DNA from: Octopus sinensis
Lineage: Eukaryota
Direction of reading: 5' to 3'
Assembly: GCF_006345805.1 (NCBI RefSeq)
Contig: NC_043012.1
Span: 57,908,001-57,972,000 of the forward strand
DNA length: 64,000 bases
Part shown: positions 40,887 to 55,522 of the stretch, piece after piece
How the letters are laid out: each line of letters begins with the position of its first letter
How positions within the stretch are numbered: position 1 is the first letter of the stretch
The notes under the pieces: model-generated
Told to the model about the DNA's origin: nothing
Databases searched by the model: none
What the model saw: the letters and a program-made list of their open reading frames with translations, nothing else
Made by a program: the position numbers and the translations under genes

Positions 40887-42385
40887 ATATATAATATATA
40901 TAATATATATATATACAATGTATATATAATATATATATATATATATATCATGTATATATATATACTACATGTATATTATATATATATATATACATGTATA
41001 TATATATCTTATATATATATATAGCATGTATATATATATATATACATGTATATATATATATAATATACTGTAGATATATATATATATACCATGTATATAT
41101 ATATATATATACATGTATATATATATATATACATGTATATATAATATATACATGTATATATATATATACATCATGTATATATATATATATACATGTATAT
41201 ATATATATGTAATATACATGTATATATATATATATACATGTATATATATATATACATGTATATATATATATATATATAATGTATATATATATATACATGT
41301 ATATATATATACATGTATATATATATACCATGTATATATATATACATGTATATCTATATATATCTATATATATATACATGGTATAATATATACATGTATC
41401 TATATATAATATATCTATATATCATGTATATATTATACATGTATATATAATATATACATGTATATATATAAACATGTATATATTATATATATATCTATAT
41501 ATACTGTATATCTATATATATATATATATATCCATGTATATTATATATATATATATATACCGTATATATCTATATATATATATATACAATGTATATAATA
41601 TATATCTATATATATACATGTATATATCTATATATATATATACATGTATATATATATATATATATCTATACATGTATATATATAATATATATATATATCA
41701 TGTTATATATATATATATACATGTATATCTATATATATATATATATATATATACTGTCTATAATATATATATATATATACATGTATATATATATACATGT
41801 ATATATATATATATATACATGTATATATATATATATATATATACATGTATATCTATATATTATCATGTATATATATATATACATGTTATATATATATATA
41901 CATGTATATATATATATATAATATATATACTGTATATATATATATATATACATGGTATATTATATATATACATGTATATCTATATAATATACATGTATCA
42001 TATATATATACATATATACATATATTATATACATATATACATATATCTCATAATACATACATACATATATATATACATATATATATATCACATATATCAT
42101 ATATATATATACATATATACATATATATCCATACATATATATATATACATATAATATATATATACATATTATATATATACATATATATCTATACATATAT
42201 ATATATATACTATATGTATATCATATATATTATACATATATATATATACATATCTATATATATATATTATATATATATATATATTATATAATATAATACA
42301 TATATCTATATATATTACATATATATTACATATATACTATATATGTAATATATATATACATGTATTATATATATATATATATAAT
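39710..42385. repeat. About 2.7 kb (AT)n array punctuated by ACATGT
   Basis: Recurring (TA)n-CATG-(TA)n units; interrupted by a Helitron at 40111-40478. Confidence 0.95.
40111..40478 (+). mobile_element. Non-autonomous Helitron
   Basis: Starts TC after A, ends CTAG before T, no TSD, GC-rich subterminal CCTGAGCAACGCCGG, 5' subterminal TGTC/TGTT microsatellite. Second copy at 62334-62718. Confidence 0.8.
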
Positions 42386-42668
42386 TCATTAATAAGGGTG
42401 AGAGAATTAGATACTTATTAATAAGGGTGAGATAGTTTTGGCTGACGACTACAATGGCTTTTTTTGTGTAAGTAAATTACATTTAATTCATTAATAGCGA
42501 AACAATTGTCCCAAAATAATCTGTATTTTTGTTATTTTTTATTTGCCTGTCCGTGTGAGCTAACAATCGTACTGACTTTCATGGGAAACATGTATTTTCG
42601 TGTTGAAACCTTTTGGATTTAACTGGTGCTAGAGTAGCCATCTAGTGGACCACTCTCTTATATTTATT

Positions 42669-42709
<41 letters not shown>

Positions 42710-42743
42710 TTATATTATGTATGTGTGTCTATGCATATATATA

Positions 42744-42779
<36 letters not shown>

Positions 42780-42837
42780 GTTGTGTTCGCGTGTGTGCGT
42801 TTGTGTATGTGTGTGCGTGTGTGTGTGTGTGTGAATA

Positions 42838-43278
42838 TAGGGTCAATCTATAAATAATGCGTTTTTTTAAAAATTGCATGAACTAAAAGTCAGAGGGCGA
42901 CAGAATAACCTACCTGCATGAATTTGCTATAAAATCAGGCAGTAATTTTACCTTGTGCTTGTTCTCAATGCAAGTTCTGAGGAGTGCAGTTCGATTTTAA
43001 CAATTATTTTTTCAAAGCTATAATGGAAGTGACAAAGGAGCATATTCAGCATATTTTGTTTCATGCGTTCAATAAAGGCAACAGCGCATCGGAATGTGTG
43101 AGGAATATTAATGCAGTATATGGGAATCGGACAATAAGCGCAAGCCCGCGTCAGGCGTGTTGCCAGAACTACAGCCGAGAAGACCGTTGCCGGAGGATCT
43201 GTAGAGCTCGAAGTTTGTTTATCTTAATTCTGAAAAATAAAGTAAAAAAAAAACTGCATTATTTATGGGATGACCCGA
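42838..43278 (+). mobile_element. Internally deleted mariner (MITE-like derivative)
   Basis: TIRs TAGGGTCAATCTATAAATAATGC and GCATTATTTATGGGATGACCCGA. Encodes a transposase N-terminus MEVTKEHIQHILFHAFNKGNSASEC, then jumps to the 3' end. Confidence 0.8.
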
Positions 43279-43314
43279 CTCACACACACACTTATATATA
43301 TATATACATATAAA

Positions 43315-43615
43315 TTGGATCTTCCCATAAATAATGCAAATTTTTAAACTTCTTTTACTTTTTCAAAATTACGAAAAGCAAAGTTTCTTTTTTTTAATTT
43401 CAAATGTACTCTCCTTCGTTTTCTACAATGCTCTTCTATCTATCTCGTAGACTTGCAAGGTATATATATATATACATATATTATATACATATATATATAT
43501 ATACATATATATATATACATATATATATATACAATATATTATATAATATATATATATACACATAATATATATATATACATACATATATATACATACTTTA
43601 TACATACATATATAC

Positions 43616-43684
<69 letters not shown>

Positions 43685-45025
43685 CATATATATACATAAC
43701 ATATATATACATACATATATATATATATATAACCATACACCTATATATATACATACACATATATACATACATATATATATATATATATATACATACACAT
43801 ATAATATATATACATACACATATATATACATACACATATATATATATACATACACATAATATATATATACATATATATATATAGATATATATATATACAT
43901 ATATATAATATATATATATATACTATATTACATACATACTTGCATATATACATATAATTCTACATTTATATATTTAGAGAGGATAGAGTGATACAGATAT
44001 ATATATATATATATATACATATTCATATATACTTATCCGTGACGAAAAATACTCTGGCTGTATTGTTCTGACTTCGTCTACGGAATTCATATTTTTTCAG
44101 TCTAAATGATTTTGAAGACTGCGGAATAAATGAAAATCAGATGGGGCGATGTCTGGCAAATATGGGAGGTGGGGTGGCACCGTTTTCCAATCAAACGGCT
44201 CTAGCCTTTGTACTGTCATCCTCGCTGTATGTGGCCGGCCATTATCCTGATGGAAGAACACCTTTCGTTTTAAAACCAAGGGTGGTCGTTTTTCTTCTAG
44301 CATTGCTTTAAGCCGCTCAAGCTGTTCGCAATAGTTTTTCTTTACTATCCTTTGGTTTGGGTTTAAAAGTTCAAAATGAACTAAACCTTTCATATTACAC
44401 CAAACAGATAAGAGCAAAACTTTCCTTCGGCTGGAGTATCGGTGTTTCTCCATTCCCTACCCACTCTATTCGGCACTTGAAATTTTTTTTCTCGTTACGA
44501 GTCACGAATCGGTCCAAAACAAGTTCATTTGTGAAACGAGACAGTAAAGAAGAGCACACATTAACTTTCTGCGCGTTTGTGAGGAACCCATGGACCCAGT
44601 TTGCTGACTTTTCCAATTGCACGCAGGAGTCGATGAATGGTTGAATGACCAAATCCAAGCTTCTCTGCTAGTTCCTCAACAGTTGCGATGTGATTTTGTT
44701 CCATCGGGGTTTGCAAGCCTTCCTCGTCGAGCTCTACAGATCTTCCAGGACGGGGCACATTTTCTAGGCTGTAGTTTCCGGCTCGGAATTTCTGGAACCA
44801 CAGTTTTCACTGGCTTACTCTTATTGTCCGATCCCCATATACTGCATCAATATTCCTCGCACTTTCTGTTACGTTGTTGCCTTTATAGAACTCATAAAAC
44901 AAAATATGTTGAAAAATATAGCTTTGAAAACAGTTAAAATCGAACTGCACTCTTCAAAACTTGCATTAAGAGTTTATAGCAAGTTGATGTAGGTACTTTA
45001 TCCCGTCCCCCTTCCACCTAATATA
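43315..45025 (-). mobile_element. Decayed mariner (DD34D) split by a microsatellite array
   Basis: HTH region PRPGRSVELDEE...WVPH; catalytic region LLSVWCNMKGLVHFELL...FHQDNGRPH...PYLPDIAPSDFHLFRSLQN; C-terminus [18 protein letters not shown] at about 43460-43400; 3' TIR at 43315. (AT/AC)n array at about 43461-44030. Confidence 0.85.
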
Positions 45026-46629
45026 TAAGATATCGCGAAAGGCCCGGTTAGAGGCCCAACCTTCCAAGTTCTTTTAAAGGGCTTAGAAAATCTGAAGGCC
45101 CGTGGCAATAAGTGTGTGAGTCTCAAAGGGGAATATATTGAAGAAATTTATAATTGACTGATCCTGTTGTATTTTACAGCTGTGCCCTACAACCTGCCGG
45201 ATATAAATACTCAATTGGATGCTCCCATACTGGATATTCTTCTCTCCAGTAAACTCGGAACAGGAACAAGTTCCGTACCCCCGTATTGTAAAAGAAAACC
45301 CTATTCCATGCCTCTAATACTCGTCCAATACTCATTGGCGTTGCGTCTGTCATTACGACCTGAGTTCAAACTCCGCCAAAGCCGATTTAGCTTCTAAGCT
45401 GAGAGCACTAGGCTCGATGTGAACAACTCCCCACCCCTCAAAATTGCTGGCCTTGTGCCAAAATGTGAGAGGATTATTCCTATCTTATTGTTAAGAATAG
45501 TTTCTATTATAGGAACAAAGCTCAAGTTCTTTTTGTTTTTGTTTTTTGCGGGGAAAGTCGATTACATTAACTTCAGTGCTCAACTGCAACTTTTTCATCG
45601 ATCCCGATTGGTTGAAAGGCAAAGTCACCCATAGCGGAATTTGATCACAGAATGCAATTCCGGCTAAGCATTTTGTCCGGCTTTGATAACGATTCTCCCG
45701 GCTCGCCACCTGTGTTACTGATAACAATTCTTTTTACTAAAGACACAGGGCTTGAAATTATGGTGAGGGGTCTAATAGATTACGTCGACCCCACTGTTTT
45801 CCTAGTACCTAATTTATCGACCCCAAAAGGAAGACATGCAAAGTAGACCTCGGTGGAATTTGAACTCAGAACAAAGATGGATGTAATACCGCAAAGCATT
45901 TTGCCCGGAGTGCTAACGATTCTGCCGGCTTGCCGACTATGTGACAGTTAATAATGATTTGAAACATAAATCTGGATGTTTTCTTTCTTAAAAATATAAT
46001 TTCACATCTTGTAAAATGTACATTAAATGTACGGCGGGTGCAGATGCCCACGCTATAAGGTTCTGGACACTGCAGAGACTTCATAGAAAGTTCTTGGTTC
46101 GTATCCTAGAACAATCCCCATGGACTCAACTATGAAGAAATCTAGCGTTCAACACATTGAAAATAACAAAAGATATGCGTTTTGCTGTCTGAGAATAGAT
46201 ACCAGGTCATCTGAGTGTGTGTAACCTTGTTCGATATGAATTAATCATTATGTGGAGATGGTGATGGGGTAGGGGTAGGGAGGGCGACATTTAACTTCCA
46301 TCCGCTTAATGCCGTGTAACTAGTGCTTTGCATCAACTCTGAAAGGACAGAGAAAAGCGCGCCATTACCATTCAATTTGCTGATGTGTTTTCTTTTTCTT
46401 TTCTTTTTTTTCGTTTTTTTTTTTGCTTTATTTGCATATTTCAACAAGAAATAATTAACATTCGATCACCAAAACTAAGCCGCAGCTAAAGCATATCTGC
46501 AAAATGTAACTAACTATAATATATATATATATATACGCAGACATATGCATATGTATGTATATATATATATATGTGTATATATATATATATATATTTGTAT
46601 ATACAGGCACACACACACACGCGCAGACA

Positions 46630-46670
<41 letters not shown>

Positions 46671-46773
46671 GTATACATATGAATATATGTTATATATGGT
46701 TGTACAGGCATACATGTCTGTATGACAATGCTATCGCTCAGTGTGTTTTATATGTGTTTGTATATGCATGTAG

Positions 46774-46804
<31 letters not shown>

Positions 46805-47082
46805 TGTATGTATGTACGTATGTATGTATGTGTCTATGTAAAGGGGATATGTTTTGGATTTTCGAGTTCTTCTCAATAAATGCATGAATTTGTGAAAATG
46901 TGCTTTTCCGCGTCTGACGCATCATTCAAACAGGAACTGAAGCATGAAGAAAGATGATATTTAAAGATATGCGAAAATAAAATAAAAAAAAAAGAAAGAA
47001 AGACATTAATAAATAGACGAATAAACAAATAAATCCATCTGACACAGAGACACTGAAAAACAAACGAAAATAGACAAACAAA

Positions 47083-47144
<62 letters not shown>

Positions 47145-47494
47145 GTAAGTAGTGTGTACATGTGTTGTATGGCTATTTATGCGTATGTTCGTGTGTAGCC
47201 ATACATGCTATTTTTGAAAACATATAATCGATATATATATATGTAAATTTAAATATACCCATGTACATAGGTGTGTGTATGTGTGTGTGTGTGTTTTATG
47301 CGGGTATGTGAACATGTGTATAATACATTTGGATATATAAATATACATGAATCCAAATGTGTACATATATACATGAATATATATATGCATATATATATAT
47401 ATACATACATATATATACATACACAATATATACATACATACATATATATACATACATACATACATATATACATATTATATACATAATATATATT

Positions 47495-47533
<39 letters not shown>

Positions 47534-48452
47534 TATATATATATATATATATATACATGTATATATATATATATATTATATATATATATATATACTATAT
47601 ATATAATATATACATACATACATATATTTCTACATATATATATTTAGTGATGGATAGAGATACAGATATATATATATATATATATGTACATATTCATATA
47701 TACAAATATATACTGATGCCTACATACATCTATATATACGTATATATATACACATGTATGCGTGTATATATATGTATAGATAGATAAATAGATAGATAAA
47801 GGCATGCATCTGTTTATCCATATGTACATGCATATATATATATGTGTGTGTACGTGTGTGTACGTGTGTGTATGTGTGTGTATATATTTATCATATTCAT
47901 ACATATATATACATACATACATACATATATATGTATGTATGTATATTTATATACATATATACACACACACACATACACATAGTCATAGACGCGTGTATCA
48001 TGTCAATTGAAAATGTCATAACTGAATCATTTTCCTTTGAGCTCATTCAGAAGCAGATACCAACGAGTGTACAAATAAACAAGATACATCTTTTGTAAAG
48101 CGTCGCCACCAACGTCAGCCCCACCACTAGCCCTACCTCTACCCCTACCCCTAACCCCATCATCACCATCATCATCATCATCATTATCCATCATCATCCT
48201 CATCAATATCTGCAGCAACAACAAGAACAACACCAGCGACGACAACAGCATCCAGACTATTTTATTATACGAAACATTCGCGTCAATGCAATGAGTTAAG
48301 CAAATATTATATATGTAGTGTAATAGGTTTTAGATTTATTTTTGTTTCGCCGAGTAAATAACTATTAAGCATGCAGCAAGCTTGAAACCTATTCATAAAA
48401 TTTTCGTTCGCTGACATTTTTCTCTTTAACAGTCAAAACAAATTAAATTGAG

Positions 48453-48511
<59 letters not shown>

Positions 48512-49069
48512 ACACATACACATACACGCTTACACATTGACATACATATTCACATATACAGAAACAAAGGCACTCTCACTCACGCACACATTCACACACA
48601 TACACACACACACCTACATGCAGAGGGAGAAATGGTTAGTAGATAAATGCACACACACACACACGTGTGTGTGTGTGTGCATTTATCTACGGACGTATAT
48701 ATATATATATATATGTATGTCTGTCGCTATGTATGGATGTAAATATGCGTATGTATCTATGTGTGGGATAAATTCATATATACATATGCAATACTCTCAT
48801 GTGTGTGTATGTGTATGTATATATATATATATGTATAGGCGCAGGCGTGGCTGTATGGTAAGACGTTTGCTTCCCAACCACATGGCTCCTGGTTCAGTGC
48901 CACTGCGTGGCACTTTGACCATGCGTCCCCTACCATAACCACGATCCGAACAAAGCCTGTGAGTGCATGAGTTGCGTTGGTTGACGAAAACTGAAAGAAA
49001 ATTGCTGTATCTATCTTTCTAGCTATCTGTCTGCCTACCCATCCATCCGTTTATCTATCCATCCATCCC

Positions 49070-49114
<45 letters not shown>

Positions 49115-51071
49115 TTGTCTGATTGAGTGCGTATTTATGTATGTATGTATGTATGTATGTATTATGTATGTATGTATGAATGTGAGTGTGTATGAATGTT
49201 TTTGTGTGCATTTTGTCCTCAACAACCGGTGTTGACTTGTCTGCGTACCCAAAACTAGACGATTCAACAAAATAGGCCGATAGAACCAACTTAAAAAAAA
49301 AATGCGGGACGATTCTTTCGCCTAAAATTTTTTGTGAAATACAGAGTACTCAATACACATATTACCATAGAGCGAGATGTTTATTAGTGGTTTATTACTT
49401 TTACAGGTGATATATTATAATATATAGTTTCACATGGAAAACATCATACGCTTACAAAAATGTGTTCCATGTAAAAACCAGTCGAAATTTATTATCAGTT
49501 CTCTCTGTGATATTTAGTGATGAATAGCAGTGTTGCAAGATGGTATCATAAAAATGGTAGCCATCATTATTATTAGAATTTTTACGTTAGTGGTTATTTC
49601 GTTTGGATTGACATAAATTGGTCGGTTTTAAGAGAACTGCTGTAGAATAATAAAATTGTTTATGTTTTACATCGGTCAAAATCCTTCCCTATTGTCGATA
49701 CAGTAGCATATTGTTTTAACGTCCCAGTGTAGTTGCATTACTCGTTTCTCCATTGCTGGAACAAGAGGTAACATTGGTACGTATGTGTGTGCATGTGTGT
49801 ATGTACCCGCCCCCACATCATTATACACACACACATACACACACACACATATATATATTGATAAAACCTGCAAGACAACAAAAGACAGGAAGATACCTCG
49901 ATATTATGTAAATAGAGGAATTTAACTGGAAATATAATGTGACAAATATTCGGCCGGATAACTGAAGAGATGGCGGCGTGAATTTCCACCTCGGCATCCG
50001 AAACTCGGAGTTTTATCATGGCTACCGAATAATTGTTATATATTACATTTACAGATATATATATATATATATATATTTCCCGCAGAAATAATCGAAGATT
50101 TCCTAAATTTGCGAAAAATCTTGCAAGATTTTCTAAAATAAGTGATCGCATTTGCAAAAGAACACACACAACATACATACATGCAAAGAGGACAGACTAA
50201 GAATTTTTCGCATATTCTTCAGAATTTCTACTCTTCGCATATTTAAATAAATCCAAATAATATTCCATAAATATTATTTCAACCGAATAGGAGAAAAATT
50301 CATAAAAAGTAGCATACAAACTTCGCCTCTCTAAACACAAGTGTCAGCATTTCTAATCAGTGATTAAATAATTTCCTTAATGATGCCCTAAAAACAAATA
50401 CGCTGAACAACATTTTAAACCAAACTATTATCGCTTGTTAAAAGCATTTGATTGAGACTAATAACTTTATGACGTGCTTGTGTGATAACCCACATCCTCC
50501 AAATAAAAACAGGTAAAAAACCCTAAATAATATCAGTCTGCCAACAGCTGAGACTTACCACCTTGAAAACCCATTACCTAACAAATGACACATCTAGTAA
50601 ACAAACCTAATTACCAACTGTAGCATATTGGACTGACCTCTAAGACTTAACCTTCACTCTCTCAGAACCAAAAGTTACACATGCCGTTTATATCCAATAA
50701 CTAAACCGAGTGGCATATAAGTTTATGAATAACCTAACTACATATCTCTTGTTAACATTTAACCATTTGATTGAGACTAATAACACTATGACATGCTAAA
50801 GTGATAACCATAACCCTCCAAATACAAACATGTGAAAAACACTATGACCTCAAGATGACACATCTAAATATATATAACTGGTTAGAAAGTTCTACATTCA
50901 AAAATATATACAAAACAATAGTACACCTCCAGAATTTAATCAATAATAATTCTCCATAACACCTCGTCGTCACAACTTGCCAGATGCCCCAATTATGATT
51001 CAACAGAACTCAGCTAACCCGAGAATAGTTTAATTTAACAGAAACTTTATAAAGTAAAGACGAACTGACAT

Positions 51072-51122
51072 GCATAAGTCCAATGATGATTTAGCTGGCC
51101 GAGACTTCGGAGTCACTGTATT
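51072..51122 (+). ncRNA. Possible decayed minimal hammerhead ribozyme
   Basis: C(caa)TGATGA - TTTAGCTGGCC - GAGA-C-TTCGGA-GTC - ACTGTAT. The core order and GUC triplet are preserved, but several conserved positions are altered. Confidence 0.3.
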
Positions 51123-52912
51123 ACTATACTTATTAAATAATAATAAATTTGTACTCTACCTAACGCATTGACTAATTCTTAGATTTCACGTAAAATTATT
51201 TTTGCTAAAACATAAAAACAAACATTATATATATAATTAATAATATATATGGTTATATATATATATATATATATATTATATTCCCCTTCATTTAGCCTAT
51301 TTTCCTTAGTCATTGCACGGTGATCGCCATAAACTTTAATCGTATATTATAATACCATAATTATTATTTACAGGATTGTAAAAATGGTGCCGTATATAAA
51401 CCATACGTATCGAATATATATATATATAAATATATATATATTAAGTATATATATGATGGTCTCTCCAGTTGAAGATGACTTATGAATGTTCACACACAAA
51501 CACACACACACACACACACACCACACACACATATATATATATGATCATATGCGAATAAGAGAGTATTTATCAAAAGATACGCTCCTAAGAACTTGTTTAA
51601 AATTTTCTGGATTTCTATAGCAGAGAAGGTGTGACAATATATTAAGCTTTATATATCCGGATGGAGATAAACGCCCATATATCTTGGGCATACAAATGCA
51701 TTTGTAGATCAACAGTTTGTAGAATTGGCAAGGTTAGGGACGAGAATAAATGGAGAAATATCTTTATCTACATATATTTAAATGTATATGACTACAGAGA
51801 ATCTTTTTCCTATTATTCCTATGCGTGGTTAATTCTACAAATGGGTCTTCAGGTAGAAAGTTTTGGGTGGGTATTATAGTTGAATATTCTAGAACCTTTA
51901 GATAATTGTAGTAGGGGTTGTTTTGTGAGAAGCTGGCGTGTGTCTTGTTAGTTGAAGGTTCATTTTTGTACCTAAAAATATTTATGGTAAGGGAGAAATG
52001 AATGAAGGATATGCTTGTCATACTTAACCTGCGTCACGTGGCACGAAGATAGCGGATGACGGTTTCATAAATTCAAAGCTTTTTTTACGAAAAGAGTTTA
52101 TTTCAAACACAGCATGGCATTTTCTCGTATAAAAGCCAATATATTTACGAACTGAATTCAACATATTCTTTCTGAACCTGGTGATGAAGCAAGGTGAAAC
52201 CCTGCCATAACTGGCAGGCATTGGAAAAAAATATTTACAATCCATGTATATATTTTAATATGCATGTCGAGTGTTGAGCATATCACTCCTTGTATTATAA
52301 AGTTTATAGGATATACTCCAAATATATATATATGTGTATATTATTATTCACATATTCTGCTGAGCATACAGTTTTTTGGTAACATGGAATGGATGTATTG
52401 TGTTGAGTGTGGAATATAATTTGTTATGAAAACACACACACACACACATATATATATGGTAAGAAAGAGACATCAAGATAGACAGACAGAGAAGGAGAGG
52501 GAGAGAGAAAGATAGAGGAACAGAGGAGGCATAGAGGAAGAGGGACATAAAGATTAACATACAGAAAGGGAGAGAACAGAAAATATATGAGGAAAATAAA
52601 TCAAATTTAGTCCCATGTGAGTCTGTATATATGTACGTATATATGTATATATGTGTGTGTGTGCATATATGTATGTATGTGTATATATGAATGAGTGGGT
52701 GCGTGCGTGTGTGTTTGCGAGTGAGTGTGCGTGTGTGTATTCATGTACATATTCAGACACTCACAAGGGAGTAAAAGTAATTTATTTTCCGTGCGTCTAA
52801 CGATAAATGTCATTAGAATTACTTCAACCAGGCAATAATTCCGAAAAGGTGACAAAAAAATTGAAAAACAAAACCCTAACGAATTCTATTTATTTAAAGT
52901 GTAACTAGAAAG

Positions 52913-52954
<42 letters not shown>

Positions 52955-53399
52955 GAATTATAGAAAGATTGAAATGAGTAAACTAAAGTCAAACAGTATA
53001 AGATTATCAGGTTGATAAGAAGCTAGTAGTAGTTTGCAAATAATAGTTCGGGCTAGGTAATGTTATCATTGAACTAAATGGTATCAGTGCGCTTGGGTAC
53101 AGCATTTGGTTTTGTGTTGGTGGAGAAAACCTATGCCTCATAAATAATCGCTTCAGCGTTGCATGATTTATTAAATGAGTTTGCATTTATTTCTCAGTGA
53201 GTGCAGTCGGTTTCGAGTTTATTAGTTTGCTAGTAATATGTATATTCATTATCTTTCTTTTTTTGCATTGTTTTGTTTGTTTTGATTATTTGAATTCTCC
53301 CTATAGAGAAAAATTAGTTTCTAACGACGAAACGAAACTCCATGACTATAATTTAAACAGTAAAACTTGTTAATATTTAAATGCTGTAGCTTAGATAAG

Positions 53400-54100
53400 T
53401 CTTGAATATTTTTACTGTTCCGCTTATAGACTGTATGTTCAAAGTGTGTGTTGCCTGGTCTTTCTGTTTGTCTGAAAACTCCAGCTTTTTTTATATTTAT
53501 TACTTAGAAATTTACTCCAAAAGTGTAACAATAATTATAGGTGTAAATATTTATAGTCTCACCGGTGAAGGCGTATTTCTAAACAGTTGTCCGAAAATAT
53601 TCTGCTTTCATAGACTTTTGAAAGATATCTTAACATCTGCAGGGCAGCTGACCTCTATAACTCTACATAAATTTTCTTTTCGGTCTCAAACAAGCTATAA
53701 CAGGCATGATATGTCTCCATTTGGCGGAAGTTTTCATGGGAATGTTTCTTCAATTTTTCTTGTGTTGACACGTTGACACGTATGTATATATATTCTCAAC
53801 TTCAAGAATATTTTCTGTATTTATCCCCGGGGAGTCCTTCGTACGGATTCGACTGAATATTGTTTTAGCAACAACATCATACTGTATTAATGACATTTTT
53901 GGGCAGCTGCGGATCACATGTGTAATATCTTCCATAAAAATGTGACATAATCGACATCCTGGGGTTTATTTCGCTATCTCTTTCGTTCATTAGATATTTT
54001 GAAGTTGCCTCCTGCTTTTGACAAATTATGCAGAAGTATATACTTTGAAACTGCACATGATTGAATGGTCATAATTTCCAGAGAGACTACATTTCCTGTC
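53400..54100 (-). mobile_element. Decayed RLE-type non-LTR retrotransposon 3' region
   Basis: EDITHVIRSCPKMS...DVVAKTI (zinc-knuckle end) and VIEVSCPADV...FTPIII (RLE) on the minus strand. Confidence 0.65.
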
Positions 54101-55102
54101 AATATTAGCAACATCATCTAAGTCGCACGCATGGGTGGATGGTAAGTAGCTTGCTTACCAACCACATGGTTCCGAGTTCAGTCCCACTGTGTGCACCTTG
54201 GGCGAGTATCTTCTACTATAGTCTCGGCCCGACCAAAGCCTTGTGAGTAGATTCGGTAGACGGAAACTGAAAGAAGCCCGTCGTATATGTGTGTGTGCGT
54301 GCGTGTGTTTGCCCCCCCCTCGATTATCGCTTGACATCCGATGTTGGTGTGTTTACGTCCCGTAATTTAGGGGTTCGGCAAAAGCGACCTATAGGTTAAG
54401 TACCAGGCTGACAAAGAATAAGTCCTGGGGTCGATTTGCTCGACTATAGGTGGTGCGACAGCATGGCCGCAGTAAAATGACTGAAACAAATAAAAGAATA
54501 CAAGAATAAAGAAATAATTCGGCGAACTTGCAGAATCGCTAAGCACGCCAGACAAAATGCTTAGCGATATTTCGTGTCTATATATTGTGTGTTCGAATTC
54601 CGCCGGAGTCGAATTTGCCTTTTATCCTTTCAGGGTCGATAAATAAATACTAATTCATCACTGGTGTTGCTGTGATCGACTTACTCCCCCCCCCCGCCGA
54701 AACTAATGTCCTTGTTCCAGTAGTTGAAACTAATATTATAAACATCCTCAAAGTTACATAAAAAATACGCATGTATCACTATTTTAAGTTTTCTTTATAT
54801 ACGTGGCCCGGTTTACCTATGATAATAGGTACAAATGAGAACCCACATTCTGGATATAGGAACTATAAGCTTCGCAGCAGATGTACTCAGTTTTCGCATC
54901 GCCCGTTCTTTTTTCCAAAATTTAACCATTCATGTTCGTCTTATAAAAACCCTTAGTTTTAAACGCGACATTCCGTTGAACAGATCACTTCTAAAACTGT
55001 GTTACGTTCCAGATTCCATAGAAAATTAGCCACTTGCTGTGTTGTAGTTATTACTATTTTAGTTAGAATTTTCTAGTAGAATTGTTTATTGTAAATGCTC
55101 CC

Positions 55103-55522
55103 CAGATCTTTTCGGTTTGAACGCCAGTTTTTTCTAGCGGTGTCATATGAAATTGTCACCCATAATTATGACTCTAGTATCGATCCATTGCATTTCAAAC
55201 TATTTTAGGGTTAGGGTTAGGGGTGGGGGGAAGGGTAACTTTTTTTCTTCAGAAATGTAAATAAACCCAATCTGTTTCTTAAACGAAGGACATATTCATA
55301 CGGCACAGAATGTTTATAACCGCAATACACGTCATTGATTGGTTGAAATTGCAGAAACTGAAGAAAAAAAACAACAAATATCTTACAAACTATAGAATTT
55401 TCTCAATAAAGCCAAGAGAAAAAGATGTTTTATAAACACATTCTACCAGTATACGAAGTTAAAAATTTTTTAGTTACCTAGAAATTATGTGAAAAACTGC
55501 CGTTCAAACCGAAAAGGTCCTG
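55103..55522. mobile_element. 420-bp MITE with about 30-bp TIRs and 5-bp TSD
   Basis: Left end CAGATCTTTTCGGTTTGAACGCCAGTTTTT; right end reverse-complemented CAGGACCTTTTCGGTTTGAACGGCAGTTTTT. CTCCC at 55098-55102 and 55523-55527. Confidence 0.85.

Noticed and set aside
52178-52222. GTGATGA...GAAAC plus perfect hairpin CCTGCCA-TAAC-TGGCAGG
   Set aside because: Stem II does not pair and the cleavage triplet is absent; treated as a chance hairpin.
55205-55222. (TTAGGG)3 as an interstitial telomere
   Set aside because: Only three units and they lie inside a MITE; reported with that element instead.
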